Below are positions 1 to 11,643 of a stretch of 64,000 bases of DNA, piece after piece. The DNA is taken from contig NC_067400.1 in the NCBI RefSeq assembly GCF_016432865.1, forward strand, positions 571,020,001-571,084,000, given 5' to 3'. Origin of the DNA: Antechinus flavipes. Taxonomy: Eukaryota. The notes beneath the pieces were generated by a model. The model was not told where the DNA came from, did not search any database, and saw nothing but the letters and a program-made list of their open reading frames with translations. The stretch's first letter is position 1. Each line of letters opens with the position of its first letter. Position numbers and translations under genes: made by a program.

Positions 1-1005
1 CTTGGGGGTTGAGGGGGTGGGAAGGAATGGATATTCAATGAATTAGAGAACTTTTAAGCATTTTTGATGAAAAAACCATAACTGAGCAGAAAATTTGATT
101 TTCAAATATAAGATCCAAGAGAAGAATACAAGAAGTAATGAGGAAAGAGAAATCACAAGGGATTTGCTATTGAGCAGAGAAACAAAAATTAAAACAATTG
201 AGGTACTACTCCATACCTTCAGATGGGCTAATATTACAGAAAAGGTATATGACAAATGTTGGATAGAGTATTGGAAAATTAAAATATTAATGCGCTGTTG
301 GTTGTTATATCTAATTTGGAATTAAGCCTAATTAAGAAACTTTGACCCAGAAATTTTATTACTCGGTCTATATCCCAAAAAAATAGAAATTAAAAAAAAA
401 ATGACCTACATGTAAAAAACTATTTATAGAAGCTGTTTTAGTGGTGGTAAAGAATTGAAAATTGAGGGGATGCTCATCATTGGGGAATGGTTGAACAAGT
501 TGTGGCATGTGATTGTGATGGAATACTATTGTGCTGAAATGATGAGCAGGATGCTCTCAGAAAAATCTGGACTTACATGAACTGATGCAAAGAGAAATCA
601 GCAGAACCAGAACACTAGGCACAGCAACAGTAATATTGTATCTACTGTGAATAACTAAGCTATTCTCAGCAATACAATGACCCAAGATAATTTTGAAGGA
701 GTTACAATGACAGGTACTGTCCATCTCAAGAGAAAAAGCTGGTGGAGCCTGAATGCAGATCAAAGATACTTTTCCTTTACTTCATTTTTCTTTTCTTTTT
801 TTTTTTTTTTTGGGGGGGGGTCTATTTTTTTTTTCAAGGCAAAACTAGACATGGAAATATATTTTATGACATGAATAACCTAAGACAAATTGCTTTCCTT
901 TTCAATGAAGGGGGTAAGAGAGGGAGAAAATGTGTAGCTCAAAATTTAAAAAAAATTAAAATTGTTATTACATATAATTGGAGAAAAAATATTAAATATA
1001 AAAAA
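1..1005 (+). mobile_element. Old L1 3' end (degenerate ORF2 C-terminus, 3'UTR, A-rich tail)
   Basis: Similar to the L1 copies at 10.8-13.3 kb (gggaatggttgaacaagttgtgg...atggaatactatt). Confidence 0.75.
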
Positions 1006-1925
1006 CTTCTTGCTTCATCTCTTTTAGGAATTCTAGCTGAGTTTGTGTCCTAGTTGTGTTTTTCTTTGAGTATACTTGTAAATGTTTTGAAGTCACATTT
1101 TCTTCTGTCTTAATATCCTGAGCACCCCTGCCACCATAATAGCTCATTATGTTTGGATTCTTTTTTTCGTTTGCTCATTTTCCCAGGCTACTTCCTGATT
1201 TCAGACTTGATGTTAGGTCTGTGCTCTGTAGCACTTGTGAAGGGAAGGTCTGAGTTGATCTTGCTGCTGTGTTCTTGGGGCACTGAATGTTGTGGGATCT
1301 CAGGCCTGGGAGCTGCAAGCTTTCAGTGTCTCCAAAGTGGTCTGATCCAGAGCAAAGTCTGATTGCTGCCCCTCAGTCTGATCTCTGTAAATTCTTTACC
1401 TGAGTCTGGGTCTGAGAAAGAGGTGACTGCTAGACTCAGTGTCCTATTGACCAATAGGAAAGCTCTGTTGGCTCAGGATGGCAGAATGGTAGGTTCTCCT
1501 TTGATGTGAGATTAACGAGAGTCTTTGTCCTTTTTTTACAGGTTGGTCTAGATGCTTTAACCTGGGGTTTGGGTCATGCTGCTGCTGCTTCCTCCTTCCT
1601 CTATCTACCTCAGAGGGCCTTCCTACCCACTTTTCATTCTGCGCACACCATTGGGACCTGGGGTGGGGAATGCTCCAGTGTGGTGCCCCACCTCTCCCTG
1701 GCTGCTGGCATTCTTTCCCCCATCCTGTTCCAGAGTCTGAAGACCTCTCTGTCTGTCTCCCTGTGCCAAGGTGGGCTGGACCAAGAGTTCACAGTCACTT
1801 CCCATCAGGATTTGGTCTGGTGCATTTTCTCATTAGGTTTGGAGGAATTTGTGGGTCGGGAGCTCACTGCCCTGCTTCCTTTTGCTGCAATCTTGGTCCT
1901 ACCTTGAACTATTTTCTTTCTTTAG
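1006..1925 (-). mobile_element. Probable old L1-type 5'UTR/ORF1-start fragment
   Basis: Resembles the antisense 5' region of marsupial L1 (from recall); boundaries approximate. Confidence 0.45.
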
Positions 1926-2184
1926 GACACCCTCAATGCCGAACCTCGGATAGGATATCTGGGCTCAACCTGCCATTTCCTCTCTGTGTAAAAGTCCCTT
2001 CTGTCCTTAGGTGGCTCAGCTGGACATTGTACCTGTAGGCATGTTCTGAGGATCAAAAGGTAATAGATAGGAAACCATTTTGAAAAGCCTAATGTTCTGC
2101 AAACTGTTGCTATAGAACTTTGTTAAAAAACAAACCAAAAAATCATAGTGTCCTTAATATTCTCAAGGTAATAGCTAATAATAA

Positions 2185-2425
2185 TATTAATAGTTAATAT
2201 TCATATATTACCTACTTTAATGTGCCAGAAATTGTGTCAAGCACTTTACAAACAGTATCCCATTTGATTCTCAAAATACCTCTAAGAAATAGGTGTTATT
2301 ATTATTCTCATTTTACAGATGAGGAAACTGAGTCAGGTAGGGGTGAAGTGACTTGCCCAGTGTCTGAGCCCGGATCTGAAGCTGTCTTCTTGACCCCAGG
2401 CCCCGCACTCCATCACGTAGCTGCC
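2185..2425 (-). mobile_element. MIR-type CORE-SINE
   Basis: Core motif cattttacagatgaggaaactgag...gtgacttgccca. Confidence 0.7.
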
Positions 2426-3581
2426 CCATGGTGGTGAGAACAAGGCCAAAGCCAGCACGCGCAGCTTTCGCTTCTTACTCTTTCCTCCTACAGCTCCCGT
2501 TACTCTCACATTTGCCCTTTTGTGATGATCTCCTCGCCCGATGTTCCCTCTGACGCTCACCACCTACCGGCATGCCTCAAAAGCTTCAGCAAAGGCTCTG
2601 GAGCCCTGTATTCTGCCCGCCTGGGCCCGGGTACCTCTCGCCTCAGAGGTCGTCTGAGGAAATGGAGGAAGAGCTAGACTTGGGAGTCAGGAAGCTGGGC
2701 TTGGGTCCTTAATGCAGCTCCACAACCTTCTCAGTCTCAGGAAACCTCAGCCTTCTCCCCTGTAAGATGGTGTCCTGCTGCTTGCCCTCAGGGCAGGATG
2801 GAGTTTAAGGCTTCATGACAGCAAGAACCGTCCTGTCCTTTGGCACAGAATGAGGTCACACCAGTCCCGGCCTGAACAGCCACCTCCCCCTAAAAGAGTC
2901 CGTCCTCCCCTCCTCCAACAGCTCCCCACATCCCATGCTCTGAGGAAGCCTCTCTCCCAGCCCTGCCAGACCCTGACTCAGACACGCCCTGTCTCTGACC
3001 AAAGCTTCCCTTTCCTCGTACCTGGTCCGGCTCCCTCTGCGCCCACTCCCACAGTGAGTCCTGGGATGGGCCCGGGCCGGGCACTTAGGCGGCCCCACGT
3101 CCAGCTGCTGCAGAGAGCATCTCTCCTGGCTGTGGCTGCTGCCGCAAGGCCAGACCCAGGGATGGTCCACGGCCAGGTAAGGGGGCCCGCGCTTCTCGTG
3201 GGCCCTACACCGATTTCGGTTGGGATGGGGATGGCCAGCTGCTCTGTTAGTCAAGGAACAGACAAATGGCCCAGATGGGCAAGCCAGATGGCAGAGGCTC
3301 AGGATCTCCAGGTCCATTCTCTTTTGGAAGCTGCTGCCCCCGAGAGGAGTGGAATTGCCAGGAACCTCCAGGGGACTTTGGCAATGCTCTCTGACAGCAG
3401 GGATGAAAGCACGTGGTGGGCATCAGAGAGCCGGTGCCAGGGACACTGATGGCTGCTTCCCCCACGCTGGGACAGGATTAGGATAATCCCTACCAAATGG
3501 GGCCTCTCCTGGGGTGGGGGCAGGGAGGTGAAGCAGATTTCCACTCTCCAAAAAGCCAGCCATGATATAGAAAAGAAAACC

Positions 3582-3587
3582 TTTATT
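3582..3587 (-). terminator. P3H1 polyadenylation signal AATAAA
   Basis: tttatt on the plus strand, about 350 nt past the stop codon. Confidence 0.7.
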
Positions 3588-3937
3588 CTTTGGTTGTCTA
3601 CAGAAGGTACCCAAATACTGGAGTGTTGCTGGCTCTGCAAGCCGGCCTGCACCATGACTCCTGGCAGCTGCCCAGTGCCCCAGAGAGGGAGACCAGAGCC
3701 TCCAGGCCATGGAAGAAGCAGCAGGCCGGCCCTTCCCGCCAGCCACTCAAGTAGTAGCACCAAGCCTGGGGGACGTGTCTGGTCACTTTGGCTCTGCAAA
3801 TTGGTGCAAAGCAGCAGACAGAAGTCACGACAGTTCTCTAGCCCCAAGGCACTTGAGGGGGCCAGCACGATCTCACCGCAGGCACCCCGCTTCCCCATCA
3901 ATCCATGTGCAGCCAATGCCCTTCCTCCCGGGCACTG

Positions 3938-4093
3938 TCATAACTCATCCTTGCTCCCTGACTTGGTTGCTGAGGGAGGCTCCGTGGGAGGCACAGGTGA
4001 GCCCTGGGACTCGTGATGGGGCTGCTCCTGGGACAGGTCTGATTCTTCGGGGCTGAAGAGCATCTTCACCAGGTCATCTGCCTGCACTCGGTC
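3938..4093 (-). CDS. P3H1: P3H1 exon 15 (last coding exon), ends KDEL-stop
   Basis: DRVQADDLVKMLFSPEESDLSQEQPHHESQGSPVPPTEPPSATKSGSKDEL*; TGA at 3940-3938. Confidence 0.97.
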   Translation of the reverse strand, partial: DRVQADDLVKMLFSPEESDLSQEQPHHESQGSPVPPTEPPSATKSGSKDEL

Positions 4094-4497
4094 CTGTGGG
4101 CACAGAGGCAGGTAGGGAAGGTAGGGAAAGTCCCTATCACCTTTCCCAGTGGCTAGGGGTTCTTGTGAGCTGGGAAACCATTTTCTCCAGTCATCTCCAA
4201 CTCTGGAGGAAGGGGCCTTGAGAAGACCTCACCCCTCGTTCTGCCTGCCCTTGGCATTCTGGGGCAGAAGACAATGAGTCACTTAAAATTACTGTCATGA
4301 TATCTAGTCTGGTGACATAGCCAGGCTCCCAACAGAGTGAAGGGGCCCGAGGCATTCGTCCAATCTGCCCCTTTATCTGAAGTGGTCAGAGATCATCAGG
4401 ACCCACGCCTGTCTCAAGTCCAGCCGGGCGCTCCTCCCACCACACCGCAGTCAGGGAGGAGGAGGACGGAGGGGGGGGGGGAGAAGGAAGCACTCAC

Positions 4498-4638
4498 CCG
4501 CTCACTGTGCCGGGGGTCCAGGGTAAACCAGAGCGCGATGGCGCAGCGCTGCCCCCTGGTGACAGCCCTCACCCCGTGCGGGTTCTCGGCCCCCGAGGTG
4601 AAGCCCACCGCCCTGCCACACCGGGGCTGCACTTCTGC
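4498..4638 (-). CDS. P3H1: P3H1 exon 14 (141 nt), distal His and 2OG-binding Arg
   Basis: AEVQPRCGRAVGFTSGAENPHGVRAVTRGQRCAIALWFTLDPRHSER; |gtgagt donor. Confidence 0.97.
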
Positions 4639-4752
4639 CTGGGAAAGGAAACCGGGTCAGCCGCGGCGCTTGGGCTGCCTCCAGGGAGCCCCTGTGCCCC
4701 CGTCCCTGGCACTGCAGTGCCCTACACCCGCCGGACCTCGGCAGCCACTCAC

Positions 4753-4828
4753 CGTCACTGTCTTGGCGTCTAGTTCAGTGAAATAAAAGTTTCCTCCATC
4801 AAAGTCCCCGTTTAGGTAGAGAATAGCA
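4753..4828 (-). CDS. P3H1: P3H1 exon 13 (76 nt)
   Basis: AILYLNGDFDGGNFYFTELDAKTVT; ccag| acceptor, |gtgagt donor. Confidence 0.97.
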
Positions 4829-4919
4829 CTGGAGGAGACACAAGCAGAGGCTGAGTGGGGGCTCCCTCAGGCTCCAGGCCAGCTGGCCCGAGGGGAGGGA
4901 GAGGTCCCGAGGGGAGGGA

Positions 4920-5153
4920 GAGGCTGGGGGGGGGGGGGGGAGGCCCTGGGCAGGGGGGGAGGGAGAGGCCCTGGGCAGGGGGGGAGGGGGAGGCCCTGGG
5001 CAGGGGGGGAGGTCCTGGGCAGGGGGGGAGGGGGAGGCCCTGGGCAGGGGGGGAGGGGGAGGCCCTGGGCAGGGGGGGAGGGGGAGGCCCTGGGCAGGGG
5101 GGGAGGGGGAGAGGCCCTGGGCATGGGGGGGGAGGGGGAGGTCCTGGGCAGGG
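4920..5153. repeat. G-rich minisatellite, about 9 copies of a ~25-bp unit, in P3H1 intron 12
   Basis: Repeated GGCCCTGGGCAGGGGGGGAGGGGGA-like unit read directly. Confidence 0.95.
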
Positions 5154-5162
5154 GCCTGGTAC

Positions 5163-5280
5163 CTGTAGTCCCGGAAGGTGTAGGCAGGAGGCTCCTTGAC
5201 GCACACCAGCGCCTCCGAGTTGAGGATGCAGTTGTCCGCGTGCACCGGATGGCTGCTGTCGGTCCTGTCCTCCTGGGCTT
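5163..5280 (-). CDS. P3H1: P3H1 exon 12 (118 nt), Fe-binding HxD
   Basis: EAQEDRTDSSHPVHADNCILNSEALVCVKEPPAYTFRDYS; HAD fits the HxD motif of 2OG-Fe(II) dioxygenases. Confidence 0.97.
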
Positions 5281-5395
5281 CTGGAAGCCAAGCGTGTCAG
5301 CCATGAGGCAGGACTCCCCCTCCCTACCAGGAGGCCCCAGCCCCCCCCCCCCCCCGAGAGAGACAGGAGGCAGGGGCGCCCCCTGCGGGCCCTAC

Positions 5396-5546
5396 CTTCG
5401 ATGGCCGTGCGGCACACCAGGTGGGAGTAGGAGAAATAGAGGGGCGTGTCCAGCCGGAAGTAGGACTCCATGACGCGCCTCACCTTCTCGGTCACGTTGT
5501 AGTAGAGATGGGCACTCTGCAGGGGCACCTTCCCCTCCTGGCCCAG
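5396..5546 (-). CDS. P3H1: P3H1 exon 11 (151 nt)
   Basis: LGQEGKVPLQSAHLYYNVTEKVRRVMESYFRLDTPLYFSYSHLVCRTAIE; |gtaggg donor. Confidence 0.96.
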
Positions 5547-5935
5547 CTGCCCGGGGGCACGGCCTGGGGTTAGTGCCAATGCCTGGCCCTTTCCAGGCAG
5601 CCCCCGAGGCTTCTGGTCCTCAGCCCCTCACTTTCCCATCACACACAACTTCCTCAGGACCAAGCTCCTTTACCCCAATCTCCGGGTGGCTTTTGGGTGC
5701 TCCCCCGGGGCCCCTGAGGTTTCTCCGCAGAAGACAATCTTCCCCTGATCCTGAGGTCTCCCCATCTTGTCCTCCCTCTTCCTGACAGCACGTGACCCAG
5801 TGCCCAGCAGCAGGACCCCGGAACAAAGCTCCTTAAACACGGTGACCCTGCTCTCCAGGGACAGCAGGAGAGGAAGGGGGTAAAGCAGCTTTCTGAGCGC
5901 GCCCTCCTTCCCAGCCAGTCTGTCGCTCTCCTCAC

Positions 5936-6031
5936 CTTGAGGGCTTTGAAGACAGTGACCCCGTAGAACCTCTCACTTTTGGTGTGGGGGGACGTGTGAC
6001 CGCGGTACCCATCCCCCGCGGTTGCTGCTGC
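5936..6031 (-). CDS. P3H1: P3H1 exon 10 (96 nt)
   Basis: AAATAGDGYRGHTSPHTKSERFYGVTVFKALK; ccag| acceptor, |gtgagg donor. Confidence 0.96.
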
Positions 6032-6136
6032 CTGGAGGACAGAGCCCCGATCAGAGATGAGTCACTGTCCCCGCCCAGAGCCCGCCGGCCGAGGGGAGGG
6101 GAGCGGAGCTGGGATCCCTCTGGCAAAGCCACTCAC

Positions 6137-6264
6137 GTTGGTGAGTCTCTGTAGCTGCCGACACTCGTCATCAGAGATGACTCCATCCATCACCACCCGC
6201 TGGGAGCCATTCAGCACCTTGGAGCTCATGGTAAGGCTGATTCCATCATAGAGGAGGGGGCCTC
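6137..6264 (-). CDS. P3H1: P3H1 exon 9 (128 nt)
   Basis: GGPLLYDGISLTMSSKVLNGSQRVVMDGVISDDECRQLQRLTN; |gtgagt donor. Confidence 0.97.
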
Positions 6265-7194
6265 CTGCAGGGCGAGGATGGAACCCGGCTGGGATCCGCT
6301 CCTGGCCCACCCAGCAGTGCCCACTCACTGGGGACGTCTCCCTTCCATCCCCCCAGAAGCAGTGTGGCTTTGAGGGAAGGAGGAAGCTGTGGAAGGCAGG
6401 GGTGGGCCCTGCTCCTGGCTCTGCCCCTAGAGACCGTCCGACAACCTGGGCTACTATAGCCTACAGAGAAAGGTTTCCAAAAGTCTCAAACAGGAACAAC
6501 CCAAGCCATTTAAGAAGCACTGGCAGCTCAGGGGTGCTTTCCCAATGCCCCCAGGAAATGGGCTGCCCAAGCATCTGCCGTGTCACAACAGGCAAGGCTC
6601 TCCCAGATGAGAGGGTGCTCCACGCCGGGTCTCAATGGGGGCACTGGCTGAGTGTGGAACTGAGATGAACTGACCCCAAGGCCAAGCAGCCCCTGAGTAG
6701 AAAATTCGCAATCTGAACCCAGGGCTTCTGACTATGAATCTAGAGGCTTTTTCCCATCTGACCACCTAAGGACCCTGACAGGCCCCCTCCAATTATGAGG
6801 GTCTGCCTTATTCTCCCAAGCAGATAATAATGGAGAGGAGGGACCACGTCTCCTCCCTTCTGGGTTTTCCACAGAGCCAATAAGGCCTTGCTGAAATGAA
6901 TGGCTATTGGACTCTCAAGGGTCTTGTTTGAATATTACCATGCACAGCATTCATGAAGTAATTCCTGTGTCAGCAGTCTCCTCTAAAAGCCAGGAATGAC
7001 CTGAGCCTCAGACTCTAGTCCTTTTCCTGGATTACCTCAGCCCCCCTGGGCCTGCCCCACACCTGCTAGGCAGGGGCGCTTGGGGCCCAATGCTACTTTA
7101 CTCTAAGGCAGTAAAGCCCCCTGGGGCCTAACTGGAGCTATCAACTCTAAGGGCCTGACCCCCACATCTGTTCTGTCACCATTGGCCCTCTCAC

Positions 7195-7316
7195 CTTCCC
7201 GAGCTAGCAGGCTCACGTCCACAGCCTCCTTTGTTTTCTCCTCCACGAGAGTTTCGATCTCCTTCATGAGGTTTCCAATCTCTTGAGAAATGCGTACAGC
7301 TGTCTCCCGTTCTGTC
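7195..7316 (-). CDS. P3H1: P3H1 exon 8 (122 nt)
   Basis: TERETAVRISQEIGNLMKEIETLVEEKTKEAVDVSLLARE; AG/GT sites in phase. Confidence 0.96.
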
Positions 7317-7514
7317 CTGTTAGGACAAGTCCTCTGAGGAACCCCGCTCCAAAAGCAGCCCTAGGGGCCCAACGTCATCATCCTGGGCCCACCCCTCTGA
7401 CCGTCTGTCATCCCTGAACAGAATTCAAATCAGGCAAGGCCTGATTGATAACACATCAGGAGTTAGTTATTCAAGGGCCCAAACCTAATCAAAGGCTCAA
7501 CTTAAGGTCCTCAC

Positions 7515-7567
7515 TTCTGCTTTTCTTGCAGTCTCTTGGGAATCACCTCCTCTGGGGTCCATGTGTC
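7515..7567 (-). CDS. P3H1: P3H1 exon 7 (53 nt)
   Basis: DTWTPEEVIPKRLQEKQK; ttttag| acceptor, |gtgagg donor. Confidence 0.95.
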
Positions 7568-7819
7568 CTAAAACAGGCATGAAAATGTTAGGAAAAGCTT
7601 GCTAACCACTTAGTCCATATTTCTGCTTACAAAATAGGGCTAAGATGTATTCCAGGGGGAAAATGAGCTGATTCTGCTCTCCTATGACCTATTCCATTCC
7701 TGTCTCCTCCTCCACTCCTGACAATCAACATCCTTCCAACCTTTTCCTGAACTCCCTCCAGACAGTCCCAGGACCATGTCAACTTTAGACTTCCCAGGCT
7801 ATCCCAAGTTACTTCTTAC

Positions 7820-7909
7820 TGGGTCCACAAAGGGAATTCCAAATACATCGTAAGCAAAGAAAAGCAGCTCCTTCTCCAACAGGCTTCGGTGTCGGTATCT
7901 CTGGGCATT
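7820..7909 (-). CDS. P3H1: P3H1 exon 6 (90 nt)
   Basis: NAQRYRHRSLLEKELLFFAYDVFGIPFVDP; ccag| acceptor, |gtaaga donor. Confidence 0.96.
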
Positions 7910-8179
7910 CTGGGGAAAAAAGACAACAAAAACAATTACTAATTACTTATTGAATGCAAAACATTACTCGATTCTGGAGGAGAGGATAAAAATCTTCTAT
8001 AAGATAGTCCTTGTCCTGGAGCTCACACCATGTATTTGGTTAAGGTGTAGGACAGAAATAACCCTAATACTTAAGAGTGAAGGGCTATGTGATGCCTGGA
8101 AAGGGAAGAGAAGGGGGAAACAGAGAAGGCTTCTTGGAGAAAGTGGCATTTAAGCAGAGTTCTAAAAAATGTAGTTGGG

Positions 8180-9370
8180 TATAGAAATCTATTCTATCCT
8201 ACAGGAAAGTAGGAGAGGAAAGGAATAAAAGAGGGAGGGGGAGTGCTGATAGGAGGGAAGGCAGATTGGGGGAGGCAGTAGTCAGAAGCAAAATGCTTTT
8301 AAGGTTGCACAGGGTAAGAAAAGAGAATGAGTAGGATAAACAAGGGGAGAAAAGGATAGAGGGAATATACAGAAATCTTAACCATGAAAAAAAAATTTAC
8401 AGCAAGTTTCCCTGATAAAGCCCTCATTTCTCAAATATATAGAGAACTGAGTCAAATTTATAAAAATAAGAGCCATTCCTCAGTTGAGGATGTGCACAGG
8501 CAGTTTTCAAACCAAATGATAAAAGCTATCTATAGTCAAATGAAAAATGCTCTGAATCACTACTAACTAGAAAAATGTAAATTAAAACAACTCTGAGGTA
8601 CCAGCCACACTTATCAGGATTAATATGATAGGAGAGGATATAGGAAAATTAAGACACTGATGCATTGCTGGTACAGTTGTGAACTACTTTAACTATTCTG
8701 GAGAGCAATTTGGAATTAAGCTCAAAGGGCTATAAAAACACATATACACTCAACAGCTAGGTCTGCATCCCAAAGAGATTTTTTTTAAAAAAGGAAAAGG
8801 GCCGATACGTACAAACATATTTATATCAACTTTTTTGATGGTGGCACACAAAAAAACAGAAATTGAGGCAATATATATAAATTGGGGAATGGCAGAATAA
8901 ATTGCGGTATGACTGAGATGGAATTCTATTGGGCTATAGAAGTGAGCAGGATGCTCTCAGAAAAATGTAGAAAGGCTTACATGAGTTGATCCAAAATAAA
9001 ATGAGCAGAAAAAACACTGTATACAGTAACAGCAATATTATACAATGATCAACTAAGCGATTATCAATAATCCAATGATCTAAGATAATTCTGGAAAATG
9101 CTAGCCATGTCCAGAGAAAGAACTGATAGAATCTGAATGCAGATCGAAACATACTTATTTAGGCTTTATTTTTCTTTGTTGATGTTGTTGTTTTTGTGGG
9201 GGACTATCTTTCATGATATGATTAATAAAAATATTTTTTGCATGATTATACATATATAACTACATTAAATTGCTTGCTTTCTCAATGAGGAAAGGAGAAA
9301 GGAAATTTAAAATCCTAAATTTAAAAAAGTGTTAAAAATTTTGACATGAAAAAACAATTAAAAAAAAAAA
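8180..9370 (+). mobile_element. Old L1 3' portion
   Basis: Degenerate ORF2 end (DKALISQIYREL...), 3'UTR and poly(A) at ~9360. Confidence 0.8.
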
Positions 9371-11017
9371 AGATGTGTAAGAGTCTGAGCAAAGAAAGGA
9401 CATTTCAAGTAGAGGGAAGAGTGTAAGCAAAGGGATATTTAGCTTGGTTAATGAATCTCTAAGTTGTGAGAGATCTTAAGAGAGAGCCTATTCCCTCTTT
9501 CACATGACAGTCCTTCTGCCTCCAGCACGTCTTCTTCTGACTGAAGACTGAGAATTGAAACACTCCCAGTTCCTTCCTTCTACTGATTTTCACATGGCAT
9601 GAACCCAAGAGCTCCATTCTCTCGACTGCCCTACTCTAGATACTTTCTAGTTTCTTTCTTTAGTGTAGAACCCAGAACTGAATAAATACTCTAGCCATGG
9701 TCTCACTGTGGCACAGGCCAGTAGGATGACCATTTCTCCAGAAGTGGACGTTACATTTCTCAATATGGAAGCCTTTGATTGTGTGAGCCTTTTTTGCTGC
9801 CATGATACTCATGTTAAATAATCAACCCCTAGATCTTTTTCAGAATTGATGCCTAGTCAAATGTCTCATTTTGTAGTTGGAAAATTATTTTTTGAACCCA
9901 TGTTAGATTAAAGTCTCACATTTACTTGAATTTTATTTGCATTAAATTTCCATATATATATATATGTTGCCTTATAAGAGGCAATATGGTATATAGCTGG
10001 CCTAGTCAGGCGCCACCAATCATACATCCTAGCTGTTATTCTGGTCAAAATACTGAATTTCTCTGCATTTTAGGGATCTCTTTAGGATGGTGAGCTGCAG
10101 AGATGCCGCCACTCTGCATTAACAGAGAGAATTCCTCTCCAGAAGTTTCCTACAATGATGAGATCACAGAGTTAGATCCAATTTCACTATATTTCATTAA
10201 GCCCAGTGTTTTAGCCTCCAAAGCCTAACTGTACTTCATATCAGCTGATGTGCCAGCCACAGTTCCCAGGCCTGTTTCACTTGCATCCCAACTATGCCTT
10301 GGTCCTGATGACAATATTAAGCAGCATAGGTCTATGGGAGCATGTCTCCAAAGACTTTTTCCTAAGATGATGCTCAACTATGACCAGTCTTGAGGTCCCA
10401 TCTTTCAGCCAGTTCTGAAAATATATCTTCTTTAGCCCACCTTTCTCCATTTTTTCCCCAAGAGCAAGATAAGATATTATTTAAAAGCATTTGTCAATTT
10501 TGGCAAGACATATTCTTCTTTATAGCTTTTTATTTACAAGATATATGCATGGGTAATTTTTCAGCATTGATAATTGAAAAACCTCTTGTTCTAATTTTTC
10601 CCCTCCTTCCCCCTATCTCCTCCCCTCAGATGGCAGATTGATCAATACATGTAAAATATGTTAAAGTATAAGTCAAATACAATATATGTATACATGTCAA
10701 TACATATTCTTGATGAAGCCATGAGAGCTGAGACCTCTGACTCTTTTTCTAAGGAGATGCTTATTAACCATCTCTTTAAAATTTGCTCTAAAATTTTTTT
10801 TAAGAATTGGAGTCAACAAAAAGCTATCAAACTGTGCATATCCTTTGATCCAGCAGTGTTACTACTAGGCTTATATCCCAAAGAGATTTTTAAAAAGGGA
10901 AAGGGACCTATATGTGCAAGAATGTTTGTGGCAGCTCTGTTTGTAGTGGCCAGAAAACTGGAAACTGAGTGGATGCCAATCAATTGGAGAATGGCTGAAT
11001 AAATTGTGGTATATGAA

Positions 11018-11643
11018 TGTTATGGACTGAGGCTTGAGTTGATGCACTGAGGTCCCAAGCACATGAGGCTAAATAGTAATTGGACCACACTCTATTAATA
11101 TATAAGCTTGGAGGAAGAATGGCCCCCGCCCACTCTTTGTGCAAGTCCTGATGTGTTGTATAGGAAATGATGATTTTGGTGGGTGGAGGCAGGGGAGTGA
11201 AAAAGGAAGGGGAAAGAGAGACTGCTTGCTTTTGCCACTGCAACGACCTTTCTGTTTGTTTCTCTTCTTCTTTTTGCTTTTGCTGAGGCAGTTAAATGAC
11301 TTGCCCATGGTGACACAACCAGGAATTGTTAAGTGTCTGAGGTTGGATTTGAACTCAGGTCTTCCTGACTTCAGGGCTGGTGCTCTACCCACCGAACCAT
11401 CTCAAACAGAAAGGTCATTACAATGGCAAAAGCAAGCTGTCTCTTTCTCCCCTTCCTTTTCCACTCCCCTGCCTCCACCCACCAAAATCATCATTTCCTA
11501 TACAACACATCAGGACTTGCACAAAGAGTGGGCGGGGGCCATTCTTTCTCCAAGCTTATATATTAATAGAGTATGGTCCAATTACTATTTAGCCTCATGT
11601 GCTTGGGACCTCAGTGCATCAACTCAAGCCTCAGCCCATTACA
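11018..11643. mobile_element. Fold-back element: inverted 241-bp LTR-like arms around a SINE
   Basis: Arms 11018-11258 and 11403-11643 are reverse complements (about 11 mismatches by eye); TG...CA ends; TATGAA on both sides. Confidence 0.9.
11259..11402 (-). mobile_element. WSINE1-type CORE-SINE, slightly 5'-truncated, forming the loop of the fold-back
   Basis: Reverse complement of ...tagagcaccagccctgaagtcagga...gagttcaaatcc...cctcagcaaaa; same family as 56515-56665. Confidence 0.85.

Noticed and set aside
2850-4056. Overlapping 100-205 aa ORFs on both strands
   Set aside because: GC-rich, stop-poor P3H1 3'UTR and downstream DNA; no recognisable protein.
4799-5579. Long proline-rich ORFs (148-255 aa) that look formin- or extensin-like
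   Set aside because: They are translations of the intron-12 C/G minisatellite joined to real P3H1 exons 11-12.
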